Origin: a virus
Taxonomy: Duplodnaviria; Heunggongvirae; Uroviricota; Caudoviricetes
Reading direction: 5' to 3' (one strand)
Virus record (IMG/VR): IMGVR_UViG_2690316285_000009
DNA length: 39,278 bases
The notes beneath the pieces are model-generated. The model did not search any database, was not told the DNA's origin, and saw nothing but the letters and a program-made list of their open reading frames with translations. Of this stretch, positions 27,911 through 35,890 are shown piece after piece (within the stretch, counting starts at the first letter, position 1; every line of letters begins with the position of its first letter). The translations under genes and the position numbers were made by a program.

Positions 27911-28262
27911 TCGTGGCCGCCTTACTGATTTGTGAAATGAGTTGCAGGGTGCGTTGCTGGTTTGCCAGCACCAGACGGGCTTCGTCCCGTTCACGCACAA
28001 GCACATGATTATTGTCCTCAAGGCGCTGCGTCTTCTGGTGCATTCCCCATACCACGGCAGCCAGCACGCTCATCACCCCCAGCGCCGCCATACAGCCTCC
28101 GGCAATCAGGGCCGGTAAGGGATTGTTCACCGCAGACACAGCACACCCCGCAGCAGCACAACGGCACACAGCAGCGCAATCATGAGCGGTCGCCAGAAGC
28201 GGTTCAGACTTTCGGCAAATCGTAACGACATAACCATTCATCCGCCGAACGGCGGGCCTCAA
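27741..28262 (-). CDS. Rz-like inner-membrane spanin
   Basis: N-terminal transmembrane segment, long coiled-coil-like body, overlaps the endolysin 3-prime end and contains the Rz1-like frame. Confidence 0.6.
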   Translation of the reverse strand: MRPAVRRMNGYVVTICRKSEPLLATAHDCAAVCRCAAAGCAVSAVNNPLPALIAGGCMAALGVMSVLAAVVWGMHQKTQRLEDNNHVLVRERDEARLVLANQQRTLQLISQISKAATNEKQQNMQHSEEQQSIVRRSLATVPAASVPVPDDVADRVRRAVCEIRAGEAGADPR

Positions 28263-28704
28263 GACCGGGGAGTTTTACCCCCTTTGAATAAATCCAGCGG
28301 ATATACTGCTTACAGGACGCGGGCATCTGCCCGGCATTGATAAGGCGCAGGAGCGTGGAGTTGCGAAAGTTCGTTTCACCGGCCCAGAAAATCCAGGAGG
28401 CCAGCGCCACCGTCTGACCACGGGTAAGCGGCACCTGAACATGACGATCGATAGCCGCAAAGGCCCATTTCATGTCCTTTTCCAGCAGCTCCAGACACTC
28501 TTCATCAGTTTTTGTCATCCCCGGTTTCACATCCGGGCCGGTATGGCCGTAACAGATGGTGGGGGTGCCGGTGGGATCAATGTACGTGGTGTTTTCTTTC
28601 CCTTCCCAGTAGCCGGTGTAGTGCGTGGCAATAGTGAACGTCCCGGCTCCGGCCAGAACAAGGGCAATCAGCTTTTTACGCAGTGGCGCGGGGAGTTTTG
28701 GCAT
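28204..28704 (-). CDS. lys: Endolysin, T4-lysozyme-type (GH24) with N-terminal signal-anchor-release-like segment
   Basis: Lysozyme-like catalytic region (..TICYGHTG..EECLELLEKDM..) preceded by a weakly hydrophobic Gly/Ala-rich N-terminus (LIALVLAGAGTFTIA). Confidence 0.85.
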   Translation of the reverse strand: MPKLPAPLRKKLIALVLAGAGTFTIATHYTGYWEGKENTTYIDPTGTPTICYGHTGPDVKPGMTKTDEECLELLEKDMKWAFAAIDRHVQVPLTRGQTVALASWIFWAGETNFRNSTLLRLINAGQMPASCKQYIRWIYSKGVKLPGLEARRSADEWLCRYDLPKV

Positions 28705-28775
28705 TGTTACGCTGTCTCATGGTGTTCTCTGAGCCAGCGTAACCGTGGGAAAAAGGGGGCAGGATTTGCGGAATA

Positions 28776-29198
28776 TCAGAAAAGCCGGGGCTGCGTGCGC
28801 TCCTGATGCAGGCGACGCTGGTTGCGGATAACGGAGTAAATCTGCGTCTCTGACATCTGGTAATGGCGGCGCAGGGTTTCAATTTTTTCGCCCTGGCTCC
28901 AGCGGGAAAAAATTTCATTATTGCGCAGTTCGGTGAAAAGGGATTCACCGACCGGGAGATAATAACCACGCCCGCCCATGTACCCGGCCTGTGCGGCTGC
29001 AACCTTACGGGCAAGCATTCCCGCCTGAGCAGGTTCAATCCCCTGACGGTGCAGTTCAGCACTGATCACATCAACCAGGTCCCGCAGCGTGCCGGGCCAG
29101 TTCTTTTTCAGCTCATCATCAGGAATATCATCCAGACGGTCAATCAGCGCGTGCAGCTGTTCGCTGTCACCAAACATGCTCATCTGTGTTTCAGCCAT
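28776..29198 (-). CDS. Mor/C-family transcriptional activator (single copy)
   Basis: 140-aa product with C-terminal helix-turn-helix; position between the GemA-like gene and the lysis/late genes, as for Mu mor/C. Confidence 0.8.
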   Translation of the reverse strand: MAETQMSMFGDSEQLHALIDRLDDIPDDELKKNWPGTLRDLVDVISAELHRQGIEPAQAGMLARKVAAAQAGYMGGRGYYLPVGESLFTELRNNEIFSRWSQGEKIETLRRHYQMSETQIYSVIRNQRRLHQERTQPRLF

Positions 29199-29268
29199 AC
29201 CCGCCTCCGGTCATCATTACACAGGGCAAGTTTAAAATAAAAATCCCGCGCTGTGGCGGGATTTGGGG

Positions 29269-29781
29269 TTAAAAGGGGGAGGATTCTTCATACAGCCTGC
29301 AAACGCGCTCATAACTCATCACTGTACGCGCTGACATCCCCAGCACATCCAGCATCTTGCGGCGGTGCCAGCGTTTGAGACGCTCCAGCACATCAGAGGC
29401 CAGCGCGGGGTGTTGTTCCAGCCACTGCCAGTTAGCCACACCTTCGCCGCCGTTCTGAGCGACCGTCTGCGATTTCACCCAGCGGTTAAGGGCTGTTTCC
29501 CCGCCATCAGAGATAAAGCCCTGCCGGTGCATCACCTTCCAGATGGCGCGAATTTTGGCGGTCACCGTACCCGGTTTTAAGGCCCGGTTAACCGGCTTCT
29601 GACGCACTTTAAAACCGCGTTTTTTGAAAACATCCAGCACGCGGGATAACTCATCCGGTGACATATCCCGGCAACTGGGTTTGCCGGTGGCTGCCAGTAG
29701 TACGGATGTGTAGGTCTCATGGTCAAGCTGTAGATCGCGTTTTGCGACATGTATTAAGGTAATCAGGGAAGCGCGATTCAT
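29269..29781 (-). CDS. GemA-like early protein (Mu gp16-like)
   Basis: 170-aa product immediately upstream of the Mor/C-family gene. Confidence 0.55.
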   Translation of the reverse strand: MNRASLITLIHVAKRDLQLDHETYTSVLLAATGKPSCRDMSPDELSRVLDVFKKRGFKVRQKPVNRALKPGTVTAKIRAIWKVMHRQGFISDGGETALNRWVKSQTVAQNGGEGVANWQWLEQHPALASDVLERLKRWHRRKMLDVLGMSARTVMSYERVCRLYEESSPF

Positions 29782-29845
29782 TATCGTGTCTCCGTAACAA
29801 CAGGCGGCATGGCAACGCCGCCCGGATAAAACTAAAGGTATCGAT

Positions 29846-30256
29846 ATGAAAATAGATTACGATGAAGTATTAAGTATTCTCACAACTTTTCAGGATGCTG
29901 AAACACCTTTCCTTACACTACAGGATCTGGGCATGGCTGAGGCAGAAGGAGAGGAAAAGGATAAAAAAGTTTTTCATCTTATGCTTCTCGCTGATAATGG
30001 CTCAATTGTTAATGGTGATATGCAGTCAGAAACACCCAAATATATTGGTTTCTTTTTCCATTCTCTGGGCGTTGGTTTCAGAAACACGCCCATTATGCTT
30101 ACCCAGCAGGGGCATGATTTAGCTAACGCCCTGAGAAAAAAACCAATCCTTGAAAGAATCAAAAAGGAGTTTACAGACGCACCATTTGATCTAATTAAAG
30201 AAGTTACCAAATCAATGTTAACCAGGTTCGTCAAAGAACGTATTGGGATTGACTGA
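29846..30256 (+). CDS. Hypothetical protein (136 aa) in an AT-rich island, inverted relative to the early operon
   Basis: AAAGG Shine-Dalgarno upstream of ATG; strongly AT-rich compared with flanking phage genes; convergent with and overlapping the 3-prime end of the 30218-30526 gene. Confidence 0.5.
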   Translation: MKIDYDEVLSILTTFQDAETPFLTLQDLGMAEAEGEEKDKKVFHLMLLADNGSIVNGDMQSETPKYIGFFFHSLGVGFRNTPIMLTQQGHDLANALRKKPILERIKKEFTDAPFDLIKEVTKSMLTRFVKERIGID

Positions 30257-30526
30257 ACAACTTAATTCAGCCAGTAATCGCAGGGCGGCGACAGCCGCCT
30301 GCTTGTCACTTCTTTTAGCTATTTCCGCAAGAGTATGCACAATCCATAACGGACTTAACGCCACGGCTGAATCCAGAATCATGTCATCCATAATAATTTC
30401 TGGCATATCCCGCTTGTCACATTCTTTATCCATAAAAGAAACGAATTTCTCTGCATCTTCCGGTTTCATGCCTCCGGCGATAAGGATTTTGCGATATTCA
30501 TAAGACGATCTTAATTCAATACTCAT
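30218..30526 (-). CDS. Hypothetical early protein (102 aa)
   Basis: ORF with AGGTGA Shine-Dalgarno upstream; AT-rich. Confidence 0.45.
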   Translation of the reverse strand: MSIELRSSYEYRKILIAGGMKPEDAEKFVSFMDKECDKRDMPEIIMDDMILDSAVALSPLWIVHTLAEIAKRSDKQAAVAALRLLAELSCSVNPNTFFDEPG

Positions 30527-30541
30527 TATTCACCTGCCTGC

Positions 30542-30892
30542 TTAATCTGTTTCCAGTGCTTTGCTACGGGCTATAGCCTCACATTCAAAAAATACCGACT
30601 CCGGCACGCGCTCTTTTAATTCACGAACAAGGAAATCATTAACGCGTTCATGACGTCTTATATTTCTTTCCTTTTCCTCCTGGCGCAATACAGCAAGGCG
30701 GTATTCAACAGCCCGGCGTTGTTTCTGAAAGACAGCCAGTGCTTTTCTGGCAGCATTACGCCATGCATCATCGCCACATGCTGCGTATTCAAGCTGAAAT
30801 TTAATCTCTTCAATAGTTTCTTTGATTTTTGCCAGCAAGCTAAGACAGTCGCTTATTGTCTCCAGCTTTTCATTATCAATATAACTTCTCAC
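30542..30892 (-). CDS. Hypothetical early protein (start proposed at GTG 30892, translationally coupled GTGA overlap with upstream stop)
   Basis: GGGAGG Shine-Dalgarno 7 nt upstream of an in-frame GTG that overlaps the TGA stop of the upstream gene. Confidence 0.45.
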   Translation of the reverse strand: MRSYIDNEKLETISDCLSLLAKIKETIEEIKFQLEYAACGDDAWRNAARKALAVFQKQRRAVEYRLAVLRQEEKERNIRRHERVNDFLVRELKERVPESVFFECEAIARSKALETD

Positions 30893-31218
30893 GCATTCAC
30901 CTCCCGTAATTCCGGTAAAGCCGAAATATGACACCAGTGCGTCACCTGTCCGTCTTCATCTTCAAGGCAGGCTCCGGTTTCTTCATCAACAAAAAAGCCT
31001 TCATACCCCATATGGCCGATGCGCAGCTCCTGACGGTGACCATACTGAACAATCAGCACGACAGCCTCCATATCAGGTGGGAAAGTATCATTCAGTGAAT
31101 GCCAGGGATAACCGCGTAAATCCCCGAAATAAACACCGGTCAGCGTTCCGCCACAGAGCGGCATTCCGGCGGCACACACAAGAGGTTCATCTGATTCAAC
31201 AAATAAGGTCGTTATCAT
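30889..31218 (-). CDS. Hypothetical early protein (109 aa)
   Basis: ORF in the early operon with start/stop overlap to neighbours. Confidence 0.45.
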   Translation of the reverse strand: MITTLFVESDEPLVCAAGMPLCGGTLTGVYFGDLRGYPWHSLNDTFPPDMEAVVLIVQYGHRQELRIGHMGYEGFFVDEETGACLEDEDGQVTHWCHISALPELREVNA

Positions 31219-31766
31219 GGCGTTAACTCCCGTAATACAGCGTCCTCGGCAGTCCGGCGACGGTAATAAACTGCGTGAGCAGAATGTTCAGATATTCCAA
31301 ACTTTTCGCCAATTTCCCGGAATGACAGACGGCGTGGGTAATCGGAATCACGCAGCGCACGTATAAGACGTACATCATCATCAGATATGCGCGTGCCGGG
31401 GCGTAACTCTCCGCACTTTGTTAATCCAGCACCAATCATTCCTGCCCGACATCTGACAGAATCTTTATTACGTCCGAGATATTCTCCCATTTGCTGGCAG
31501 GTCATTGTTCTGGCATTTTTTCGAATAAACTTATCTTCATCAGGTGTAAATCTTGGGTGTTTATATTTCAGTAACTCCGGGTATGAACTGCGCAATACAC
31601 CAGTCCGGTTATATACAGCCCAGACAGTTCTTTTTATTCTGGCAGCAATATCCTTAACCGGGGTGGATGAATAAAGCGCAATCAGCAGCGCATCTTCTTC
31701 AGGTGTCCACGGACGGACATGAGCGGGGGCGCGACCTTTTAGTCCCATGGGTTGTAATTTCATCAT
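31215..31766 (-). CDS. Hypothetical early protein, probably DNA-binding (183 aa)
   Basis: Two segments resembling helix-turn-helix units (..WTPEEDALLIALY.. and ..RLSFREIGEKFGISEHSAHAVYYRR..). Confidence 0.5.
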   Translation of the reverse strand: MMKLQPMGLKGRAPAHVRPWTPEEDALLIALYSSTPVKDIAARIKRTVWAVYNRTGVLRSSYPELLKYKHPRFTPDEDKFIRKNARTMTCQQMGEYLGRNKDSVRCRAGMIGAGLTKCGELRPGTRISDDDVRLIRALRDSDYPRRLSFREIGEKFGISEHSAHAVYYRRRTAEDAVLRELTP

Positions 31767-31769
31767 GCA

Positions 31770-32285
31770 TCACCCCCTGACTCGCTTTTCAGCAGCATAA
31801 AACTCATCAGACAGTATTTCGGTCATTTTCTGTTTTGCGGGTTTTACGCCGCACTGAAGGTAAATCACATCGTCAACGCAGAACCACTTCACAGGGCCAA
31901 ACAGGATTGCCGAGAAATCAATACCCAGCCAGAACAACAGCGCATCGGTTCTGGCATACGTGACGGGCGAATATTCACGCCACAGACTGTTCAGTTCATC
32001 AGAGGCAACACGCAGGGTTTTAGGGATACGTGATGTGCGCGGTGTGCAGCTCCAGCCATTCGACGCAGTCGGTTTTCGCCATAAGTCGCGATGAAAAGGA
32101 TATTTGTCCTCCGTAAAACGCAGTCCCTTAAAGCAAAATCCACTGATACCGGATACAAATACCGACCGGCACGCAACATTCAGCACGGCCTCAAGGCGTT
32201 TTGCCTCATCCTTAACTTTCTGGCAGTCCTGCTGGTATTTTTGCCACGCAGCCAGCGCGGAAGGGTTTGATGTTTTAAAGAACAT
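31770..32285 (-). CDS. Hypothetical early protein (171 aa)
   Basis: ORF in the early operon; ATGA start/stop overlap with the upstream gene. Confidence 0.5.
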   Translation of the reverse strand: MFFKTSNPSALAAWQKYQQDCQKVKDEAKRLEAVLNVACRSVFVSGISGFCFKGLRFTEDKYPFHRDLWRKPTASNGWSCTPRTSRIPKTLRVASDELNSLWREYSPVTYARTDALLFWLGIDFSAILFGPVKWFCVDDVIYLQCGVKPAKQKMTEILSDEFYAAEKRVRG

Positions 32286-32818
32286 TACGCCACCTCCGCA
32301 GATATCCCGGCAGGCGCTGCTGTCCGGTCAACAATCAGGTAGCGCAGAACATGTTCAGTGATATTCCAGCCGCTTAAACCGCAGATAATGACGCCCAGGC
32401 GTATGTCGATATACGCCATCACAAACTGGGGCACGCCTTCTTTCATGGCCTGCTCATCAACTTCAGCCACCACATAAACGGTTTCACAGGTCAGAACGCC
32501 CTGAGCAAATTCCCACGCCATCGACGGAATATCATGCCCCTCAATCCATGGCAGGGATTTTCTGAAGCCGCACCACTGAACATCATCAGCCGCAGATTCC
32601 TGGCTGCATTTGCGACGAACCGGCTGCACCGGGCGGGGGCGCGGAATATCATAAAAACCGTTACATTCCGTCAGCACGCCTGCATCAACCGCATCACGCA
32701 GAAAATAAACCATGGAGGATGGCGGCATATTCATTTTTTCAGCCAGTACACCGCAGGTCAGGCGGCCATAAATACGCAGCCAGTTTTTAACCCCTTCAAG
32801 CACTTTTGCATCAATCAT
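32285..32818 (-). CDS. Hypothetical early protein (177 aa) with winged-helix-like N-terminus
   Basis: ORF in the early operon; preceded by a 145-bp AT-rich non-coding gap. Confidence 0.5.
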   Translation of the reverse strand: MIDAKVLEGVKNWLRIYGRLTCGVLAEKMNMPPSSMVYFLRDAVDAGVLTECNGFYDIPRPRPVQPVRRKCSQESAADDVQWCGFRKSLPWIEGHDIPSMAWEFAQGVLTCETVYVVAEVDEQAMKEGVPQFVMAYIDIRLGVIICGLSGWNITEHVLRYLIVDRTAAPAGISAEVA

Positions 32819-32963
32819 GATTTATTTCCCCACCACATTATTAATGACGATATAAACGTATTTCATATTTCTTAACCCTTATTTTCTGTTTTCAGGCGCA
32901 AGCAGTCCCCTGACGCGAGCGCCATAATTAAAATGAAGTGATATTTAATTGATTAATGCGGTG

Positions 32964-33494
32964 TTATTTATTCAGTCCGGCGTCCTGTTCAAAAGGCTCG
33001 ACATAAAAACTTTCAGCGCCTTTATTCACCTTGATACCGGCAATGCCTTTCACAGCATCCGGCTCCGCCAGGACGGCTTCCTTGTTCACTTCCTCTTTCG
33101 TGCGGATGAAACGCTCAAGCCCCATACGGCGCAGCATTTCAATCACACCTTCCACATCACGGCTGACGCTGCATGATGGCGTTCCCAGCCGCCATGACAC
33201 CGTTCCGGTGGTCAGATTGGCTGTTTTGGTTTTGCCGCCGTTCGTCAGCTCATCACGGTTGGTTTTGCACCAGTCCTGAATCCCTTTAAAAAGCACTTTG
33301 ATTTGCTTTTTAAGATTTTCAATCTGCGGCGTATAACGGGCGGTGATTTCTGCCACTTCGTCATTCATCGCCGTTTCCAGGCGCAGCGCCTCTCGCTGAA
33401 TATCTCCCAGGGTGCGGATATCACGGCTGACTTCTTCCCGGGTCTGCGGTGCCGCCTCGGCTGCGGCCTTTAATTTTGTAACGCGTTTAGCCAT
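32964..33494 (-). CDS. gam: Gam host-nuclease inhibitor (Ku-like DNA-end-binding protein)
   Basis: 176-aa product with the segments RLETAMNDEVAEIT and CKTNRDELTNGGKTKTANLTTGTVSWR that I recognise as matching Mu Gam along its length. Confidence 0.9.
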   Translation of the reverse strand: MAKRVTKLKAAAEAAPQTREEVSRDIRTLGDIQREALRLETAMNDEVAEITARYTPQIENLKKQIKVLFKGIQDWCKTNRDELTNGGKTKTANLTTGTVSWRLGTPSCSVSRDVEGVIEMLRRMGLERFIRTKEEVNKEAVLAEPDAVKGIAGIKVNKGAESFYVEPFEQDAGLNK

Positions 33495-33505
33495 TTTGTT
33501 TTTCC

Positions 33506-33799
33506 TTATTGCAGTGTGCCTGATGCTTTATGCACGCGGTGGCGTTTAATGATGGCATCCGCTCCAAAAGACTGTGCAGATGCCTGAAATTCCGCTGAGA
33601 GAAACTGAATAATTGCAGGACTGTGATACTGGAGAATACTTGCATAAACGTCACAGAGTGACGTCGGCCTGTTATCCGTATCACGTTCTGTTTTCACATC
33701 CACTCCAATCTTTTCATGCACTTCAACACAGTCATTGCCTGCCAACTTTTCGTCATGCGAAACATGATTAAATTCAAAAATAACGCGTACTTTGCTCAT
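33506..33799 (-). CDS. Small early protein, paralog B of a tandem pair (start at internal ATG, MSKVRVIFEF..)
   Basis: N-terminus and the ..FLSAEFQAS.. block parallel the adjacent paralog A. Confidence 0.5.
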   Translation of the reverse strand: MSKVRVIFEFNHVSHDEKLAGNDCVEVHEKIGVDVKTERDTDNRPTSLCDVYASILQYHSPAIIQFLSAEFQASAQSFGADAIIKRHRVHKASGTLQ

Positions 33800-33803
33800 G
33801 GAA

Positions 33804-34076
33804 TTACCCCTGTTGATTAAATTCATTACCGTTAATAACCCCGGAAGCCATGCCTCTGTCTTTCATGAATGCACTGGCTTTCATTGCCACAAACTCTGCG
33901 AAGTTTCTGCTTTCTGCCAGCATAACCACCCCAAAAATCATGGCGGGTCCATTATCTTTCTTCTTTATTCCGGTTGAACGTATATCCAGACTTACCCCTC
34001 TGTGCGTGCTGCCATCAGAGTTTTTGCAGATAACATCTTCCTTGTATTCGAAAATAATGCGTACGACTTTACTCAT
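33804..34076 (-). CDS. Small early protein, paralog A of a tandem pair (MSKVVRIIFEY..)
   Basis: Shares N-terminal MSKV.R.IFE(F/Y) and the ..FVAMKASAF.. block with paralog B. Confidence 0.5.
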   Translation of the reverse strand: MSKVVRIIFEYKEDVICKNSDGSTHRGVSLDIRSTGIKKKDNGPAMIFGVVMLAESRNFAEFVAMKASAFMKDRGMASGVINGNEFNQQG

Positions 34077-34354
34077 CCTCTGGTCCTCGTTCTGTTTGGA
34101 TAACTGACCCGGCGTCTAACCTCACGGCAGAACCGAATCATGGCATTAAAGGCTTCTTCCTCCGTCACCGCTTCCGGTATCCCCGGAACCAGTAACTGCT
34201 CCTGTTCATCACGTCCATGACGCGCCATAACCTCAATCACATGCCGTACCGTGGCAGGCTTTCCGGCAACTATCGGCAATGCACCTTCCGGCAGGACGTA
34301 ACCAAACTCAATAAGACCACTCGACCACGCCCATGCAATGAGATTTTTTTTCAC
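34073..34354 (-). CDS. Hypothetical early protein (93 aa)
   Basis: ORF with start/stop overlaps in the early operon. Confidence 0.45.
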   Translation of the reverse strand: MKKNLIAWAWSSGLIEFGYVLPEGALPIVAGKPATVRHVIEVMARHGRDEQEQLLVPGIPEAVTEEEAFNAMIRFCREVRRRVSYPNRTRTRG

Positions 34355-34355
34355 C

Positions 34356-34622
34356 TCACACCTCCCAGTAAACCGTGCAGCCGCTGATGCGGGTGGCCTT
34401 CACACGGCGGCGCAGGCCGTTGGTCTGTATGGTGATTTCAATTTCACCGGTTCCCTGCACGTTGCCTACCGGCGGCGTGGTTTTCAGTGCAAAACGTTGC
34501 GGATAGCGCTTACTGCGTTCCAGTACCGCACCGGCAAGTTCGGTCAGACGGCGCGCGCTGTTCAGGGAGTCGAATAAATTCATTTTGTTACCGCAGGATT
34601 GCATATTCATATAACACCTCAT
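34356..34622 (-). CDS. Hypothetical early protein (88 aa)
   Basis: ORF in the early operon downstream of B. Confidence 0.45.
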   Translation of the reverse strand: MRCYMNMQSCGNKMNLFDSLNSARRLTELAGAVLERSKRYPQRFALKTTPPVGNVQGTGEIEITIQTNGLRRRVKATRISGCTVYWEV

Positions 34623-34886
34623 TTAGCTGACTTGTTTCGCACCAACAGAACGGCATATTCCGCTGTAAACTTCTGTCGCACCTTCGCGATCAAGTCCGGC
34701 AGATATCACCATTCGTGTGCGGTCATTAAATTCAAAAAGTAAATCGCCACATTCTTTATTTTCGGCCAGTGAAATCACCTTCACGTTATCGAAATTAACC
34801 AGGTAAAAGCGTCCGTAAATATCAGGAATATTAAATNNNNNNNNNNNNNNNNNNNNNNNNNNNNNNNNNNNNNCCGCCATAATCAC
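34623..34886 (-). CDS. Hypothetical early protein (interrupted by N-run 34837-34873)
   Basis: ORF immediately downstream of B; N-terminal part unreadable. Confidence 0.4.
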   Translation of the reverse strand: MIMAXXXXXXXXXXXXXFNIPDIYGRFYLVNFDNVKVISLAENKECGDLLFEFNDRTRMVISAGLDREGATEVYSGICRSVGAKQVS

Positions 34887-35815
34887 ACCTGTGAGAGTAA
34901 TTCAGGGTTGGTATAAACCTCTTTAAAGGCCGCATTAATATGTTTTTCTGTCAGCGCCGCGCCTTCACCGCTGGCGGTGAGCCACGCCTGGTTAAGCGTA
35001 TGTGTCAGAACGCGTAACGCTCCCGGCTTTTCAGCGATAGCCTGCATGACGGCCAGCTCGGCCTCACCACTGATCCCCCACGCCATGGCAATGGCCAGCA
35101 CATCCGCCTTTTTGGCCTTGCGAAGTTGTTTTGTACGGGCAAGACGGCTGAACAGGCGCGATAAATCATCAAAGGCGCGGCGTCCACCTTTAAACAATCC
35201 GCGCGGGTTACCAATAAGCACCATCCCGATCCCCGTGGCGTCCTGAATTGCCCGGAGTTGCTCCAGACCGTCAATACCAAGATGATCCGCCTCATCCACA
35301 ATCACCAGTCCACGCGTTCCCATCAGGCGACGGCGGATGGCGCGGGATAATGCCCCTTTGTTCGCGCGGGTGTAATCAATCCCCAGCGCATCGGCCAGCT
35401 CCAGCAGACACTCCGTGACGCTGGAGTGCGCGGGTGACAGGGTGATCATCCAGGTGTTTGGTTGCTCCTGGCAGTAATTACGGGCAGTGGCCGTTTTACC
35501 CACACCCGGTACGCCCACAATAACGTTAATACAGCCCATCAGGCGAACCGCCTGAAACAGTGCGCGCAGCTCCTGGACTGTCTGAGTTTCCACAAACTGC
35601 GGCGGTTCCGGCAGTGCGCTTTGTTTATTCCAGTTCTCATACCAGGAGCGCAGGGAAGCAGCCACAGCGGCGTTATCGCCTTTATATTTCCCCTTGCGGA
35701 AAGCCGATAATGTGCCGTCGGAAATTCCCGCCTCTCTGGCGATGGCATACTGCGTCAGCACGCCGCCATCAATAAGTTCATCAATGGTCTTGATTACATC
35801 GTTTATATCGGTCAT
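34883..35815 (-). CDS. B: MuB-like AAA+ ATPase transposition target-DNA activator
   Basis: Walker A GVPGVGKT, Walker B-like VIVDEADHL, N-terminal helix-turn-helix; matches Mu B along its length; GAGGT Shine-Dalgarno upstream. Confidence 0.9.
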   Translation of the reverse strand: MTDINDVIKTIDELIDGGVLTQYAIAREAGISDGTLSAFRKGKYKGDNAAVAASLRSWYENWNKQSALPEPPQFVETQTVQELRALFQAVRLMGCINVIVGVPGVGKTATARNYCQEQPNTWMITLSPAHSSVTECLLELADALGIDYTRANKGALSRAIRRRLMGTRGLVIVDEADHLGIDGLEQLRAIQDATGIGMVLIGNPRGLFKGGRRAFDDLSRLFSRLARTKQLRKAKKADVLAIAMAWGISGEAELAVMQAIAEKPGALRVLTHTLNQAWLTASGEGAALTEKHINAAFKEVYTNPELLSQV

Positions 35816-35890
35816 ATTATTACCTCGCGTTTGTGTAGTTCCTTTGTTTAATCAAATAACCTGAGTCGCCGCTCGGGTTATTTTTTTATT

